Of a stretch of 64,000 bases of DNA, positions 51,927-62,462 are shown in pieces. Source of the stretch: Vulcanimicrobiota bacterium. GTDB taxonomy: Bacteria > Vulcanimicrobiota > Vulcanimicrobiia > Vulcanimicrobiales > Vulcanimicrobiaceae. A program made the translations under genes and the position numbers. The stretch is from NCBI GenBank assembly GCA_963820825.1, contig CAWGBN010000005.1, positions 128,001-192,000 on the forward strand, read 5' to 3'. The notes beneath the pieces are model-generated. The model had not been told where the DNA came from. It saw only the letters and a program-made list of their open reading frames with translations, and made no database searches. Numbering within the stretch: the stretch's first letter is position 1; the number at the start of each line of letters is the position of its first letter.

Positions 51927-52669
51927 TCACATATCCAGCCCGCCGTTGATCGTTGAACACCGCGCCGGTGATATAGCTCGAGTCGTCCTCGAGCAAGAAC
52001 CGGACGACGCGCGCCACCTCGTCGGGACGCCCCAAGCGGCGCTGCGGAATCTTCTCGACCACTTTCGTAAGCGCCGCCTCCGGAATCGCCGCGACCATCT
52101 CGGTCGCGATAAAGCCGGGGGCGACGCAGTTGACGGTGATGCCGCGCTGCGCCATCTCCAGCGCTAAGCTCTTACTGAACCCGAAGAGGCCGGCCTTCGA
52201 AGCGGCGTAGTTCGCCTGGCCGATGTTGCCGGTCTCGCCGATGACCGAGCTGATGTTGACGATCCGCCCCGAGCCGCGCTCGATCATGTGCTCGAGCACC
52301 GCCTTGCTCATCTGAAACGCGCCCGAAGAGGTTTACTTCGAGCACCTGGCGCCAGTCGTCGACGGTCATCTTGCGCACCGTCTTGTCGACGGTGATGCCG
52401 GCGTTGTTGATCAAGTAGTCCACGCGCCCGAACCGCTCGATCACCTCGTTGAAGACGCGATTGCAATCGTCAACGGCGTCGACGCGCCCCTGATGGATCG
52501 AGACCTGTGCGCCCTTTTCGCTCATCTGCTTCGCGAACTTCTCGGCGCTCTCGCGGCCGCGATTGTAGCCGGCCGCAACCGAGGCCCCATTCGCCGCCAA
52601 AGTTTCGGTAATGGCGGCACCGATGCCGCGCGTACCGCCCGTAACCAATGCTACTCGACCTTCAAACAC
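51927..52669 (-). CDS. phaB: acetoacetyl-CoA reductase paralog (indels)
   Basis: ALVTGGTRGIG, NNAGIT, GNIGQANYAASKAG, APGFIATEM. Confidence 0.8.
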
Positions 52670-52761
52670 AGCCGGGCCCTCCTTGCGCGTGCGAATTCGC
52701 GACCTCACCCCGGCTGTCCCGCGTTCGTGCAACGCTGAGTGCTCGGCTCCGTCAAATGAGT

Positions 52762-52783
52762 CGGGGGTGCCGCAGCACCCCCG
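52762..52783. terminator. GC-rich hairpin downstream of the NHL lipoprotein gene
   Basis: cgggggtgc-cgca-gcacccccg. Confidence 0.55.
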
Positions 52784-52790
52784 TAAGTTG

Positions 52791-53759
52791 TTAGTGGAAT
52801 CCGAGGTAGCACGGCGCGTCGAGCGTCGTGCTCGAGCCGCTGATCTTGCGCATCGGCGTCGCATTTCCGTTGGCGTTCTTCGCGTATTCCACGATCGCGT
52901 TGCCGGAGAAATCCGCGGCCCAGATGCGATCCTTGGCGTCGGCCGCGACGCCGGTCGGATAGAGCAACCCGGTGATGTGCTGCACCGGCGCAACGTTCCC
53001 GCTCGCATTCTTTGCGAAGACGAAGACACCCGCGCTCTCGTCGGCGACCAAGAGACGGCCGTTGGAATCGAACGCGATCGCGAACGGTTTGATCAAACCC
53101 GTATTGCTTCCGCCGATGGTGACGACCGGGGCGGCGTTGCCGCTGGCGCCTTTTGCGAAAGCGAGCACGTCGCTGCCGCTGCCGTTGGCTACGAAGAGCC
53201 GGTCCTGCTTATCCATCGCCATTCCCAGTGGCAGACTCAGCTGCGTCTTGTTGCCGCTGATCGTGTCGGTCGGTGCGACGTTTCCGTGCGCGCCGGAGGC
53301 ATACTCCGTCACCGCGTCGCCGATATAGTTGGTCACCCAGAGATTGCCGGAGTGATCGACGAACAGGCCTTCGGTCGGGCCGAGGTTCGACTTCGAGCCG
53401 CCGATGGTTCGCTTCGGCTTGGCGTTGCCGTTGGCGCTCGGTCCGAAGACGACCACCTCAGTGGCGCCGTCGTTCGCCGCGTAGAGGTTCCCTTTGGAAT
53501 CGACCGCGAGCGCGTCGGGAGAGTCGAGCGTCGTCTTCGAACCGGCGATCGTCACCGACGGCGATGCATTTCCCGTAGCCTTATTCGAGAAGCCCAGGAT
53601 GCTCGCACCGTCGCGATTGGCCGTGAAGACTTTAACGCCGGCGTCGGGCCGGGAGAGTGCTGATTGCGACGTCGTGGACGACGTCGGGATTGCGGGATTC
53701 ATCGCGCCGCCGCATCCTGCCAAGAATAGAGCGATCGCGAACGAGCTAAATACTTTCAC
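52791..53759 (-). CDS. NHL-repeat beta-propeller lipoprotein
   Basis: LAGC lipobox; repeats of GNxAPxxTIxGSxTxLxxPxxxAxDxxGxLxVA. Confidence 0.85.
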   Translation of the reverse strand: MKVFSSFAIALFLAGCGGAMNPAIPTSSTTSQSALSRPDAGVKVFTANRDGASILGFSNKATGNASPSVTIAGSKTTLDSPDALAVDSKGNLYAANDGATEVVVFGPSANGNAKPKRTIGGSKSNLGPTEGLFVDHSGNLWVTNYIGDAVTEYASGAHGNVAPTDTISGNKTQLSLPLGMAMDKQDRLFVANGSGSDVLAFAKGASGNAAPVVTIGGSNTGLIKPFAIAFDSNGRLLVADESAGVFVFAKNASGNVAPVQHITGLLYPTGVAADAKDRIWAADFSGNAIVEYAKNANGNATPMRKISGSSTTLDAPCYLGFH

Positions 53760-53870
53760 TGATTTCCTCCATATGGAATCGAATCTGTTTCGAGAGGGCA
53801 GGTAGGCGGCCTGCCCCCCAAATGCTACACGCGCGCCCGTTCGAAAACGTTTCCGGCCGCGGAGGCGGCC

Positions 53871-55202
53871 TCAATCGTCGTCGGGGGGCTTCCCGTCCTG
53901 GGGCTCGTGCAGAAAGTACTGCGCCGAGTACTTCGCCGGAAATTTCGTGAACGCGCGCGGCGCGCCTCCAAAGTCGAAGCAATCGGAGAGATCGTCGGAG
54001 CGCCCATCGGTGGTCTTCATCGAGGGCAGAGCCAACGTCTCTTCCGTAAACTTCAAGATGCTGCCGAACTCGTGGGGCGCGTGCGAGATGTAGTGCGCCT
54101 TGGCGTAGGGCGAGATCACCAGCAGCGGAACTCGGAAGCCGAGCTCGTACGAGTTCACCATCGGCGGCGCGACGTGATCGTACCATCCGCCCCAATCGTC
54201 CCATAGCACGAAGATCGCGGTCGACTTCCAATACGCGCTCTCACCGATCGCGTTGACGATCGATGCCACCCACGACGGACCGCTTCCGTTATTCGAACCG
54301 GCGTGATCCGACTCGTGCAGCGTCGGGGTCACCCAGGTGATGCTCGCCAGTTCCCCGTTCGCGATGTCTTTTAGAACGCGCGACGACGGGGCCTCGACGT
54401 TCTCGAAGGAACGACTGTACCGTATCTCGCGCAGCGCATCGGGCGCGTTCCAGATTCCGGCGCCCTTCGCCGCTTCATAGTATCGCCAGCTGACTCCGGC
54501 GTGGTTCGCCTCGCCCATCAGCGAGATCCGGTCGAAGCACGGATAGACCCGCCAGCGTTGCTCCCCGTCCGTCGTGATCACCGGAACGTGCGATCCCGCG
54601 GGCGAGTCGCAGCCGCCGGTGCCCTTTCCGTCCGGCTTCGACGCATTCTCAGCCGCGCGCAGCGTCGAATCTTTGCTGATCGTCGACGTCCCGCTGATCA
54701 AGTATTGATGGGCGGGAAAGCTCGGTCCCTGATTCGTCTGAAAGAGATGATCGGCAAGCGTGTACTCGCGGGCCATCTCCCAGTACGGTTCCACGTCCCC
54801 GTGCGGAACGTATCCATATGCGGTCGGATTGCACTGCTGATGGTGCGAGCACCACGTCTTGGCCAGGTTGAATCCGTTGACGCCCCCCTGGGCGTACTCC
54901 GTCAGGAACGTCGAGTGCCCGTGCGCGACCGCGACGTACGCGTCAAGGTGAATCGGCCGCAGCGTTACCGTATGGCCCTCCGACGTCTTTCCCGTGCGAA
55001 CGGTATCGGCACCCGGAAAACCGTTGAAGAGATTGTCGACCGTCCGGTTCTCCTGAACGATGATGACCACGTGGCGGATCGGATTGGCCTTGAACGGTCC
55101 CGCCCCCGAGCGTGCTGCAGCCTGCATCGTCGGCGCCGGCAGTGAGGATCCGGTGCATGCGGTGAGCGACAACATGAACAGCAACGACGTGCTACGGCGC
55201 AT
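53871..55202 (-). CDS. phosphoesterase (PLC/acid phosphatase family) lipoprotein 1
   Basis: LTAC, HVVIIVQENRTVDNLF, GPSFPAHQY, SDH, WDDWGGWYDHV, GFRVP. Confidence 0.9.
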   Translation of the reverse strand: MRRSTSLLFMLSLTACTGSSLPAPTMQAAARSGAGPFKANPIRHVVIIVQENRTVDNLFNGFPGADTVRTGKTSEGHTVTLRPIHLDAYVAVAHGHSTFLTEYAQGGVNGFNLAKTWCSHHQQCNPTAYGYVPHGDVEPYWEMAREYTLADHLFQTNQGPSFPAHQYLISGTSTISKDSTLRAAENASKPDGKGTGGCDSPAGSHVPVITTDGEQRWRVYPCFDRISLMGEANHAGVSWRYYEAAKGAGIWNAPDALREIRYSRSFENVEAPSSRVLKDIANGELASITWVTPTLHESDHAGSNNGSGPSWVASIVNAIGESAYWKSTAIFVLWDDWGGWYDHVAPPMVNSYELGFRVPLLVISPYAKAHYISHAPHEFGSILKFTEETLALPSMKTTDGRSDDLSDCFDFGGAPRAFTKFPAKYSAQYFLHEPQDGKPPDDD

Positions 55203-55207
55203 GGTCG

Positions 55208-56599
55208 CTACTCCGCGTCGACCGGATCGTTGGAGGGCGGCTCGCGCAGGAAATACGACCGCGAATACTTCGACGGGATTGCCGAGAACTTCCGCGGGCG
55301 TTGGGTGAAGTCGAAGGCATCTTGGAGACCCGAAGCGCGGGCGTCGGTATAGCCCTTTTCAATCGGCCCGATGCTTCCCGCGGGTATTTCGTTCGCCTCT
55401 TCGATAAATCGCAGAATGCTGCCGTATTCGTACCGTACGTCCGAGACGTGCCCGGTCTTTGCATACGGCGAGACGATCAGACAGGGCACGCGGATACCCA
55501 GACCGCGGTAGTCGAGTTGCGGCGGCTTGGCGTTGTCGTAGAAACCGCCCCAATCGTCCCAGAGAATGACGATTGCGCTCGTGCTCCAGTACGAGCTCTG
55601 ACCGACCGCGTTGACGATCGAGGCGACCCACGAGGGTCCCTGATCGCTGCGGTGGGCGGGATGATCGGAGTCCGCGTAGCTCGGCGTGACCCAACTCACC
55701 GACGCGAGCCTGCCGCTCGTGATGTCGGTGAGCACTCTGGTCTGCGGGGCGATGATGTTCCCGGGCCAATCCGGACCGTAGCGCACGTACTTGATCGCTT
55801 CAAACGGCTCCCAGAACCCGCCGTCCAAAACGCGCGTCGCGTAGATCTTCCACGATGCGCCCGCACGATCGAGCACCTCGGCGATCGTATTGAACTGATC
55901 GAAGCACGGAAACGGCCCCGTATAATGAACCTTTCGATCTTCGGTGAGATACGCGCTCTTCGTTCCCGGCGGTGAATCGCAATCGTCGGGTGCCGCGTTT
56001 GGAAAGTTTACCTCGGCCTCCGACGGCAAGACGAGATCGTCGGTTCCTGCGATGAGCGTCAGGTGAGCGGTAAAGCTTCCGCCGAACTCGGTGGGAAACA
56101 TCTTATCGGCGAGCACGTATTGATTCGCCATCGTCCAATACGGAGCGATCTCCGAGCGCTCGAGATAGGCGTAGGCTTCGTCCTTGCCCTTCTTTCCGTA
56201 CTCGGAGAAGCCGTCCATCTTGCCATTATCCCAATCGTGCATCGACGAGCTCCAATTGTGCGCGAGGTCGGGATTATTCTTGAACGTCACCTGGTGCAGC
56301 GGCACGTCGGTCTCGCCGTTGGGACAATGCATGCCGCTTCGCGTGTGCGCCGGCGCGGCGCTTTTGGCGCAGCCGGTCATCGGTGCGTCGGCGCCGGGGT
56401 ACCCGGCAAAGAGATTCTCGAAGCTGCGGTTCTCTTGAATGATGACGATGACGTGCTTGATGTAATGGTGCAGCAGCACGTCGCTCGGGGCGCGGCGCGC
56501 GGGCGCTGCACCGCTCGGCGAGAGCGTTGCGTACGACGAACAGCCCACAGCGAAGCTGAGACCGGCGAGAACGGGCACGCGCAGCAGCTTGCAAACCAC
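55208..56599 (-). CDS. phosphoesterase lipoprotein 2
   Basis: VGC, QENRSFENLF, GGSFTAH, SDHP, WDDWGGFYDN, GIRVP. Confidence 0.9.
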   Translation of the reverse strand: MVCKLLRVPVLAGLSFAVGCSSYATLSPSGAAPARRAPSDVLLHHYIKHVIVIIQENRSFENLFAGYPGADAPMTGCAKSAAPAHTRSGMHCPNGETDVPLHQVTFKNNPDLAHNWSSSMHDWDNGKMDGFSEYGKKGKDEAYAYLERSEIAPYWTMANQYVLADKMFPTEFGGSFTAHLTLIAGTDDLVLPSEAEVNFPNAAPDDCDSPPGTKSAYLTEDRKVHYTGPFPCFDQFNTIAEVLDRAGASWKIYATRVLDGGFWEPFEAIKYVRYGPDWPGNIIAPQTRVLTDITSGRLASVSWVTPSYADSDHPAHRSDQGPSWVASIVNAVGQSSYWSTSAIVILWDDWGGFYDNAKPPQLDYRGLGIRVPCLIVSPYAKTGHVSDVRYEYGSILRFIEEANEIPAGSIGPIEKGYTDARASGLQDAFDFTQRPRKFSAIPSKYSRSYFLREPPSNDPVDAE

Positions 56600-56701
56600 C
56601 GTTTTCTCCTACGACGTCGAGCCTTCCAACGCCGGAGAGCCGACTCCTACGGAGCGCCCTTGCCCTACAGGGGAAGCGGCCACCGAATTGAACCCTTCTG
56701 C

Positions 56702-57772
56702 ATGAAGACGCTCGCTATCTCGGTCTCGTTCGCCGCCGCAGCCGTCGCTTTCGCCGCGTGCGGCGGCACGTCGCAACAAGGCTCCGCGTTCGCGCCGCAG
56801 TCGTCGTCGGCGACCCGGCATGCAATGGTGCCGGCGCCCGCGCCCCGGTCGATCCCCGCGGCTCGTCCGAATCACCGCAAATCCTGGATCTCGCCCGATG
56901 CGCAACGCGCACCGCGACTGCTCTTCATCTCCGATTACGGCGCCGACGACGTGGACATTTTCACGATGCCGGATATGGCACTCAAAGGACAGCTCACCGG
57001 CCTCAGCTTCCCCGAAGGCGAATGCTCCGATGCCGGCGGTAACGTTTGGGTCGCAAACACCGGGGCCTCCGAGATGCAGCTCTATTCGCGAACCGGGACG
57101 CTGCTCAAGACGTTGAGCGTTGCGGACGAGTATCCGGCGGGCTGCTCCGTCAACAAATCCACCAACGACCTCGCCGTTACCAACATCGAGAATACGAGCG
57201 GCGGCCCCGGGAACGTAACGGTCTTTGCCAACGCCTCGGGCAGCGGCACGCCATATGTCAATCCCAGCATCTATCTCTACTTCTTCGCCGGGTACGATAA
57301 CGCGGGCAATCTCTTCTTCGACGGAATGGACGCGAGCCGCGTCACGAGTTACTTCGCCGAACTCCCCGCCGGTGGCAGCTCGACGCAGCTCGTAACGCTG
57401 AGCGGAGCGACCCTGCACGTTGCCGGGTTGATTCAATGGTACCGTCGCGGCGAATATCTCGCTCTGGGCGATCAGGCCTGCGGCGGCAGGCCGGCCTCGT
57501 GCATCTACTGGCTCTCCGTCTCCGGCACCACCGCAACCGTCACCGGAACGACGAATCTCTCCAACTACGAAGGCGGCGCGGTCTGCGATTTAGCCGGCGG
57601 CGTCATCGCGGCAAACGGGGAGCGCTACATCGCCGGGCCCGATTACGAATCGTGCGGGTATACCGCGACCACCGCGAACCGTTGGCCCTTCGACGGGGGC
57701 GGTACGCCCACGAACTATGCCACCAACGCCGGCTTCGTCGAACCGCTTGGCGCTGCCGTGAGCACCAAGTAA
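56702..57772 (+). CDS. beta-propeller-like lipoprotein
   Basis: FAAC lipobox, KSWISPD, PEGECSDAGGNVWV, GYDNAGNLFFDG. Confidence 0.8.
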   Translation: MKTLAISVSFAAAAVAFAACGGTSQQGSAFAPQSSSATRHAMVPAPAPRSIPAARPNHRKSWISPDAQRAPRLLFISDYGADDVDIFTMPDMALKGQLTGLSFPEGECSDAGGNVWVANTGASEMQLYSRTGTLLKTLSVADEYPAGCSVNKSTNDLAVTNIENTSGGPGNVTVFANASGSGTPYVNPSIYLYFFAGYDNAGNLFFDGMDASRVTSYFAELPAGGSSTQLVTLSGATLHVAGLIQWYRRGEYLALGDQACGGRPASCIYWLSVSGTTATVTGTTNLSNYEGGAVCDLAGGVIAANGERYIAGPDYESCGYTATTANRWPFDGGGTPTNYATNAGFVEPLGAAVSTK

Positions 57773-57839
57773 AGGCGGCCGCTCGGTCGCCGGCGATTAC
57801 GAAGGGCAAAGTACTCCTCGCGCCGCAAATCTTGCAACG

Positions 57840-59243
57840 ATGATCCAACTCCGTGCAAAGAGACTGACGGCGGCGATTTCCCTTGGCGCAAGCCTCGCGA
57901 TGAGCGCGTGTTCGCCCTTCGGTACCGCCTCCAAGGGGGCGCAGAGCATTCCGAACGTCTCGGATGCCTCGTTTCAATCGGTCTTATCGCGCGTGCAATC
58001 CGATAAGAGCCGGATCGAGCACGTCGTCGTCATCGTCCAGGAGAATCGGTCGGTAGACAATCTCTTCAACGGACTTCCCGGCGCCGATACGGTTACGTCC
58101 GGTAAGAACAAGTACGGCCAAACCGTTGCGCTGCGTTCGACTCCGATAACCGCGCCGTACGATCTCTCGCATAAGCACTCGGCCTGGGTACAAGACGACG
58201 ACAACGGCCGCATGGACGGCTTTAACACGGAGACCGAAAACTGTTACTCCAAGAACAGCTACCGGTGCCCGCAGGCCGACGTCGCTTCATACGCTTACGT
58301 GCCGCGCAACCAGGTACAGCCCTACTTCGATCTCGCCGAGCAGTACACGTTTGCCGACCGGATGTTCCAGACGAATCAGGGACCAAGCTTTCCTGCGCAT
58401 CAATACATCGTCAGCGGCACCTCGGTCATTAGCGATCATTCCCCGCTCAAAGCAGCCGAGAATCCCTCCGATCCTCAGGGCCGTAAACGCCAGGGGGGCT
58501 GCGACTCACTTCACGACACGACCGTCGAAACGATCGATCCGAGAGGGAATGAAGGAAAGGCCGTGTTCCCCTGCTTCAACCGCAACTCGATCTTCCGGCT
58601 GATGAACCTCAAGTACGTGAGTTGGCACTACTATCAAGAGTTCCACGGTGCCGGCGAGTGGCACGCCGTCGACGCGCTCAAACCGATTAGGGAGGGTCCG
58701 AGCTACGCCAACGTCGTCTGGCCGTCATCGAAGGTTCTGAAGGACGTCCAGGCGGGCCAGCTCTCCGATGTCACGTTCATCACGCCGAGCTCTGCGAACT
58801 CGGACCACCCGGCTAAGAATGACGGCACCGGCCCCTCCTGGGTAGCTTCAATCGTCAACGCGATTGGGAATAGTCAATACTGGAACAGCACGGCCATATT
58901 CGTCGTGTGGGACGACTGGGGCGGATTCTACGATCACGTCAAGCCGACCGTCTACAACTCCTATGAAGACGGCTTTCGCGTGCCGCTGATCGTGGTTTCA
59001 CCCTATGCCAAGCAGGGCCATGTCTCGCACGTTCGCTATGAGTTCGGCAGCATACTGAAATTTATCGAGAAGACCTTCGATCTCGGCTCGCTTGGAACGA
59101 CCGACGTTCGCGCGCACGATTTACGGGATTGCTTTGACTTCCACCAGGCCCCGCGGCCGTTCACGGAGATACGCGCCAAGTACTCAGCCGCGTACTTCGA
59201 GCGCCAGCCGATCGACTACGATACTCTCGACGACGACCAGTAA
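57840..59243 (+). CDS. phosphoesterase lipoprotein 3
   Basis: MSAC, QENRSVDNLF, GPSFPAHQY, SDHP, WDDWGGFYDHV. Confidence 0.9.
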   Translation: MIQLRAKRLTAAISLGASLAMSACSPFGTASKGAQSIPNVSDASFQSVLSRVQSDKSRIEHVVVIVQENRSVDNLFNGLPGADTVTSGKNKYGQTVALRSTPITAPYDLSHKHSAWVQDDDNGRMDGFNTETENCYSKNSYRCPQADVASYAYVPRNQVQPYFDLAEQYTFADRMFQTNQGPSFPAHQYIVSGTSVISDHSPLKAAENPSDPQGRKRQGGCDSLHDTTVETIDPRGNEGKAVFPCFNRNSIFRLMNLKYVSWHYYQEFHGAGEWHAVDALKPIREGPSYANVVWPSSKVLKDVQAGQLSDVTFITPSSANSDHPAKNDGTGPSWVASIVNAIGNSQYWNSTAIFVVWDDWGGFYDHVKPTVYNSYEDGFRVPLIVVSPYAKQGHVSHVRYEFGSILKFIEKTFDLGSLGTTDVRAHDLRDCFDFHQAPRPFTEIRAKYSAAYFERQPIDYDTLDDDQ

Positions 59244-59251
59244 CGTTATAG

Positions 59252-59305
59252 TGTCATCATCCTGAGCGAAGCATCGCGAAGCGATGCGTAGTCGAAGGGC
59301 GAAGG
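59252..59305. repeat. small intergenic palindromic repeat (TCATCCTGAGCG family)
   Basis: tgtcatcatcctgagcgaa-gcatcgc-gaa-gcgatgc-gtagtcgaagg between convergent genes. Confidence 0.65.
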
Positions 59306-59319
59306 ACGAACGGCGAACT

Positions 59320-60731
59320 TTACCCGTAGTCGGGCATCCCTTCGCGCTCGAAGAGCGCTCTGAGCGTATCTTGCTGTTCCTGCTCGCAGGCTTTGAGCAC
59401 CGGCGGGAGCGAAGCCGCCTTGAACTGCAGCGGCGCCTGCGTGAAGTCGAAGGCGTCGTCCATCGAGTTGGATGTCGCGTCGGTCGAACCGAGCCCGAAT
59501 CGATCCTCGACGAACTTTAAGACGCTGCCGAACTCGTACTGCGTATGCGAGACGTACCCCGGCCGCGCGAACGGCGAGACGACGATCATCGGCACGCGAA
59601 AACCGAGGCTGGTGTAGTTGACTTCCGGCTGCGCAACGCTGTCGTACCATCCGCCCCAGTCGTCCCAGAGTATGACGATCGCGGTATCCTGCCAATACTT
59701 GCTCGTGCCGATCGCGTTGACCACCTTGGTGACCCACCGAGGGCCGCCGTTGCAACCGCTGGCCGGATGATCCGAGTCGGCGATCGTGGGCATCACCCAC
59801 GAGACCGAAGAGAGCGCGCCGTTCTTGAGATCGGTGAAGAAATTTCAGGTTCGGCCGGCTGATGTGCTTCTTCCAGTCGGGGCCGTCCCGCACTTTTCTG
59901 ATCGCATCGAAGCCGTTCCAAACGCCACCCGACAAATCGCCCTGCGATCCGAAGATCGGCGCGACGTACTTCCACGAAACGCTCTTTGCATCGAGGAGGT
60001 CGGCCATCGTGGGATACTCGGTAAAGCATGGAAAAGGCAAATGCGTGCTGGGTCCTGGGCGAATTTCGCGTCCGTCGACCAGCAAAACCGGGGTCCGCGT
60101 TCCCCCGTACGCGTCGCAGCCCCAAATGGAATCGTCCGGCTCGTCGGTCAACGATCGTTTTGAGTCGAGCCGGACCGTGCCCGAGATGATGATCTGATGC
60201 GCGATGAAGCTGGCGGCGGTGTCGGTGAAGAAGATGTGGTCGGCCAGGGCGTAACGGCGCGCTAAATCCCAGTACGGTTTCGTCGCGGAGCGTTCGACGT
60301 AACGATACGGATAGACTTTGGCGTACTTTTGATTGCCGCTCACGCCGAGCCGGTCTAAATCGAAGCCGTCCATGCGGCAGATCCCCGTCGATAGATCGCG
60401 ATTGCATTCCGCCACGAAGTCGTGGTGCTCGTGGCCGATGTCCTTACCGAGCGGCGGACCGGAGCTCTCCAGTTTCACCGGCTTGAGCGTAATCGGCTCG
60501 CCTTTGCACCACGGCGCCCACTTCCGTACGGCGCACGGGCCCAAAGTCGCGGTAACGGCTCCCGGAAAACCCATGAAGAGCGTGTTGAAGCTTCGGTTCT
60601 CTTGAAGCACGACGACCACGTGCTTGATCTCCGTCGCGCTCGCCGGGTTGGCGCTCTGCAAAATCGTGTTCGTGGAGCACGCGGCGAGAAGGGCGATAAC
60701 AACAAAAGACCAAGGCGATGATACACCGCAT
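59320..60731 (-). CDS. phosphoesterase lipoprotein 4 (indels near 59830 and near the start)
   Basis: LAAC, QENRSFNTLF, AASFIAHQ, SDHP, WDDWGGWYDS, GFRVP. Confidence 0.85.
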
Positions 60732-60785
60732 GTCGACCTCCTGCGAGCTCGACGCACCCGGTTCGCCGATCCGCCGTTTGCGCCT

Positions 60786-61583
60786 CTACCCGAACCGGCC
60801 CGTTATATAATCTTCCGTTCGGCTATCGCTCGGCTTCGTAAAAAGTTTAGCGGTGTCATCAACTTCGATCAATTTGCCTATACCGTCTTCGTCGGCCAGC
60901 ATGAACGCGGTGCAATCGGAGACGCGCGCGGCCTGCTGCATGTTGTGCGTCACGGCAACGATCGTGAACTCCTCGGCGAGCGACGCCATCAGCTCTTCGA
61001 TGACCGCCGTCGCAATCGGGTCGAGCGAGGCCGTCGGTTCGTCCATCAGCAGGACTTCGGGCTCCGCCGCAACTGCGCGGGCGATGCAGAGTCGCTGCTG
61101 CTGTCCGCCCGAGAGACGCAGCGGGCTGCTTCGCAGCTTGTCCTTGACCTCGTCCCACAGCGCCGCCGATTGCAGCGCCTTCTCCGCGACGCTCCAGCTT
61201 CTGCGCGCCGGCTCGAGCCCGCTTCGGCGCGCACGCCAGCGTGTTGTCGAGAATCGAGAGCGTCGGGAACGGATTCGGACGCTGAAAGACCATGCCGATG
61301 CGCCGGCGGATCGACATCGGATCGACGTCGCCGGCGTAAATGTCCTGACCGTCGAGCAGCACGCGGCCCTTGCACGCGCGCGTCGAAGCCGACTTCGTGA
61401 ATCCGGTTGAGGCAGCGCAGCATCGTCGTCTTGCCGCAACCCGACGGACCGATCAGCGCCGTCACCGCCTTGCGCGCGAAATCCGATCGAAACGTCTGCC
61501 GACGGCCTTCCGCTCGCCGTAGTACGCGCTCAGGTCGTCGGTTGCGAGCACGCTTCGCCGACTGCCGCCGCGACCGCCGTCAA
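60786..61583 (-). CDS. pstB: phosphate ABC transporter ATPase (indels)
   Basis: [42 protein letters not shown]. Confidence 0.92.
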
Positions 61584-62462
61584 CTCTCGAGCCCTCGCAT
61601 CGCGCGGCGCAGCATGAGGCGCGCCCCGAGACTCAAGAACGAGGACCGCGAGCGACCAGCAGGAACGCACCGCGCCCACGCCTGCGCTTGCCACTCGGGA
61701 TACGGCGAGATCGCATAGTTGAAGACTTGCAGCGCGAGCACCGCCATCGGGTGGTTGGGATTCGCCTCCCAGAACTGCCTGCCGAACGCGGTGAAGAGCA
61801 GCGGCGCCGTCTCGCCGGTGACGCGCGCGATCGCCAGCAGCAGCGCGGTGATGATCGCCGGCCGCGCCGTCGGCAGCACGATGTACACCGTGGCGCGGAA
61901 GTTCGACATGCCCAGCGCGAGCGCGCCCTCGCGCACCGTCTGCGGCACCGAGCGAATCGCTTGTTCCGACGTGCGCACTAGCAGCGGCAGCATCAGCATC
62001 ATGAAGGCGAACGACGCCGAGATCGCCGAGAAATGCTTGAGCGGCGCGACGAGCACGGCATAGGCGAACAGAGCCGATCGCGATGCTCGGCACGCCCGAG
62101 AGCACGTCGGAGAGAAAACGCAGCGCCTCCGGAATCGGACCGCGCCCGAAGAGCGCCAGATAGATCCCGGTCAGCAAACCGAGCGGCACCGCCATCGCCG
62201 TTGCCAGACCGATGATGATGAACGTGCCCGAGGATGCCGTTGCCGACGCCGCCGCCGGGAACGCCGATCGGATGCGGCAGCTGCGTGAGGAAGGCCCAGT
62301 TGATCGCGCCGACGCCTTGGACCACCACGTAGCCGAGAATCGACCAGCAGCGCGCCGGCCGCGATCGCCGCGCAGAGCAGCGCCGAGCGCCGTGCCGAGC
62401 GACCCGAATGCGCGGCGTGCTAGCGCCGAGCTCGCCGGTACCGCAGGCTGGCGCACGCTCAC
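61580..62462 (-). CDS. pstA: phosphate ABC transporter permease (indels)
   Basis: LSGVPSI, REGALALG, ARVTGETAPLLFTA. Confidence 0.9.
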
